Positions 63,253 through 64,000 of a DNA stretch of 64,000 nt are shown in pieces (within the stretch, counting starts at the first letter, position 1; every line of letters begins with the position of its first letter). Where the stretch lies: NCBI GenBank assembly GCA_051294905.1, contig CM119372.1:19408001-19472000 (forward strand). Reading direction: 5' to 3'. Made by a program: the position numbers and the translations under genes. The DNA comes from Botryllus schlosseri. Its lineage: Eukaryota. The notes beneath the pieces were generated by a model. The model searched no databases and was not told where the DNA came from. It was given only the letters and a program-made list of their open reading frames with translations.

Positions 63253-64000
63253 CAGGGATGGTGTAAACGTGAGGTTCACGTTCGGATTCTGTGTATGGTC
63301 CTCGGAAATTTCGAGGTTCACTTTCACAAACTAACCTTGGTAGGTTCTGCACTGTGAACCTTTTCCTATATTACAATTTTCACTTGATTATAACATCTTT
63401 GGTTTGCGAGTGTGGGCCACTCTATACCTGGCGCTGGCAGCATAAAAATAAGAACACTAAACGAGCATGCACTTTGAGAATCTCAAAAATTTTACTTGCT
63501 TTGTTACAAAAGTTTGCTCGAAATATCCAGCTTTCGTTTGCGAATATTTAGTGACTCTCTGCCGTGAGCTTGACCCGCAATCACACCACATCAAGAGCGA
63601 AATGCACTACAAGTAGGTATAGTCAGCGAAGGATGCTTATCCAGCCAATCAATGAAATTGATATCGTTATCTAATGTAAAAAATCTTCTTGGTTTCACAT
63701 CTTTATTGTATCATAAAAACCAAATCCGTGCGATTAGAGTGTTAGCTACTGCTGTTAAATTTGTTAATGTTATGGGGTAATATCGCAAGCAAGTATAGAA
63801 ACCCGTTTTAAACTCTGCTCAATATCAACGTAGCAATACTCAGACGTCTACTAAATGTCCCGGTCTGGACTAGACAGTTAAGGCGGAAGCATATATTTCC
63901 TTGCAACTCATCGTCGAAATTGTTGGCAAAGCGACGAAAGATATTGATGTTATAGGACTTTTATATCATATGATTGCCTCAGTTGATACATTTGGCGACG
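63253..64000. mobile_element. GTGAAC-family element running off the window end
   Basis: Starts cagggatggtgtaaacgtgaggttcacg and is colinear with 47023-47790. Confidence 0.8.

Overview
AT-rich, transposon-dense genomic DNA from an animal. Short GT-AG introns (60-110 nt) and the repeat types suggest a marine invertebrate, possibly an ascidian; that is inference only. Most entries in the ORF track are spurious. Manual splicing gives two complete minus-strand genes that the track shows only as fragments. Gene 1 (9351-19746, 6 coding exons, 193 aa) encodes a secreted, divergent ApoD/Lazarillo-type lipocalin. Gene 2 (33987-38196, 8 coding exons, 506 aa) encodes a histidine-rich multipass membrane protein resembling an uncharacterised family I recall mainly from bacteria. 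The rest is a nested mobile-element landscape: many non-autonomous hAT elements with 8-bp TSDs, each family carrying its own short subterminal motif; Buster/Charlie-type hAT remnants; a 5'-truncated RTE-like LINE with an 802-aa ORF; I-group, CR1/L2-like and Penelope fragments, the last with a candidate hammerhead; Chapaev-like and P-like transposase relics; tRNA-derived SINEs; and fold-back elements. No rRNA, intact tRNA or CRISPR array was seen.
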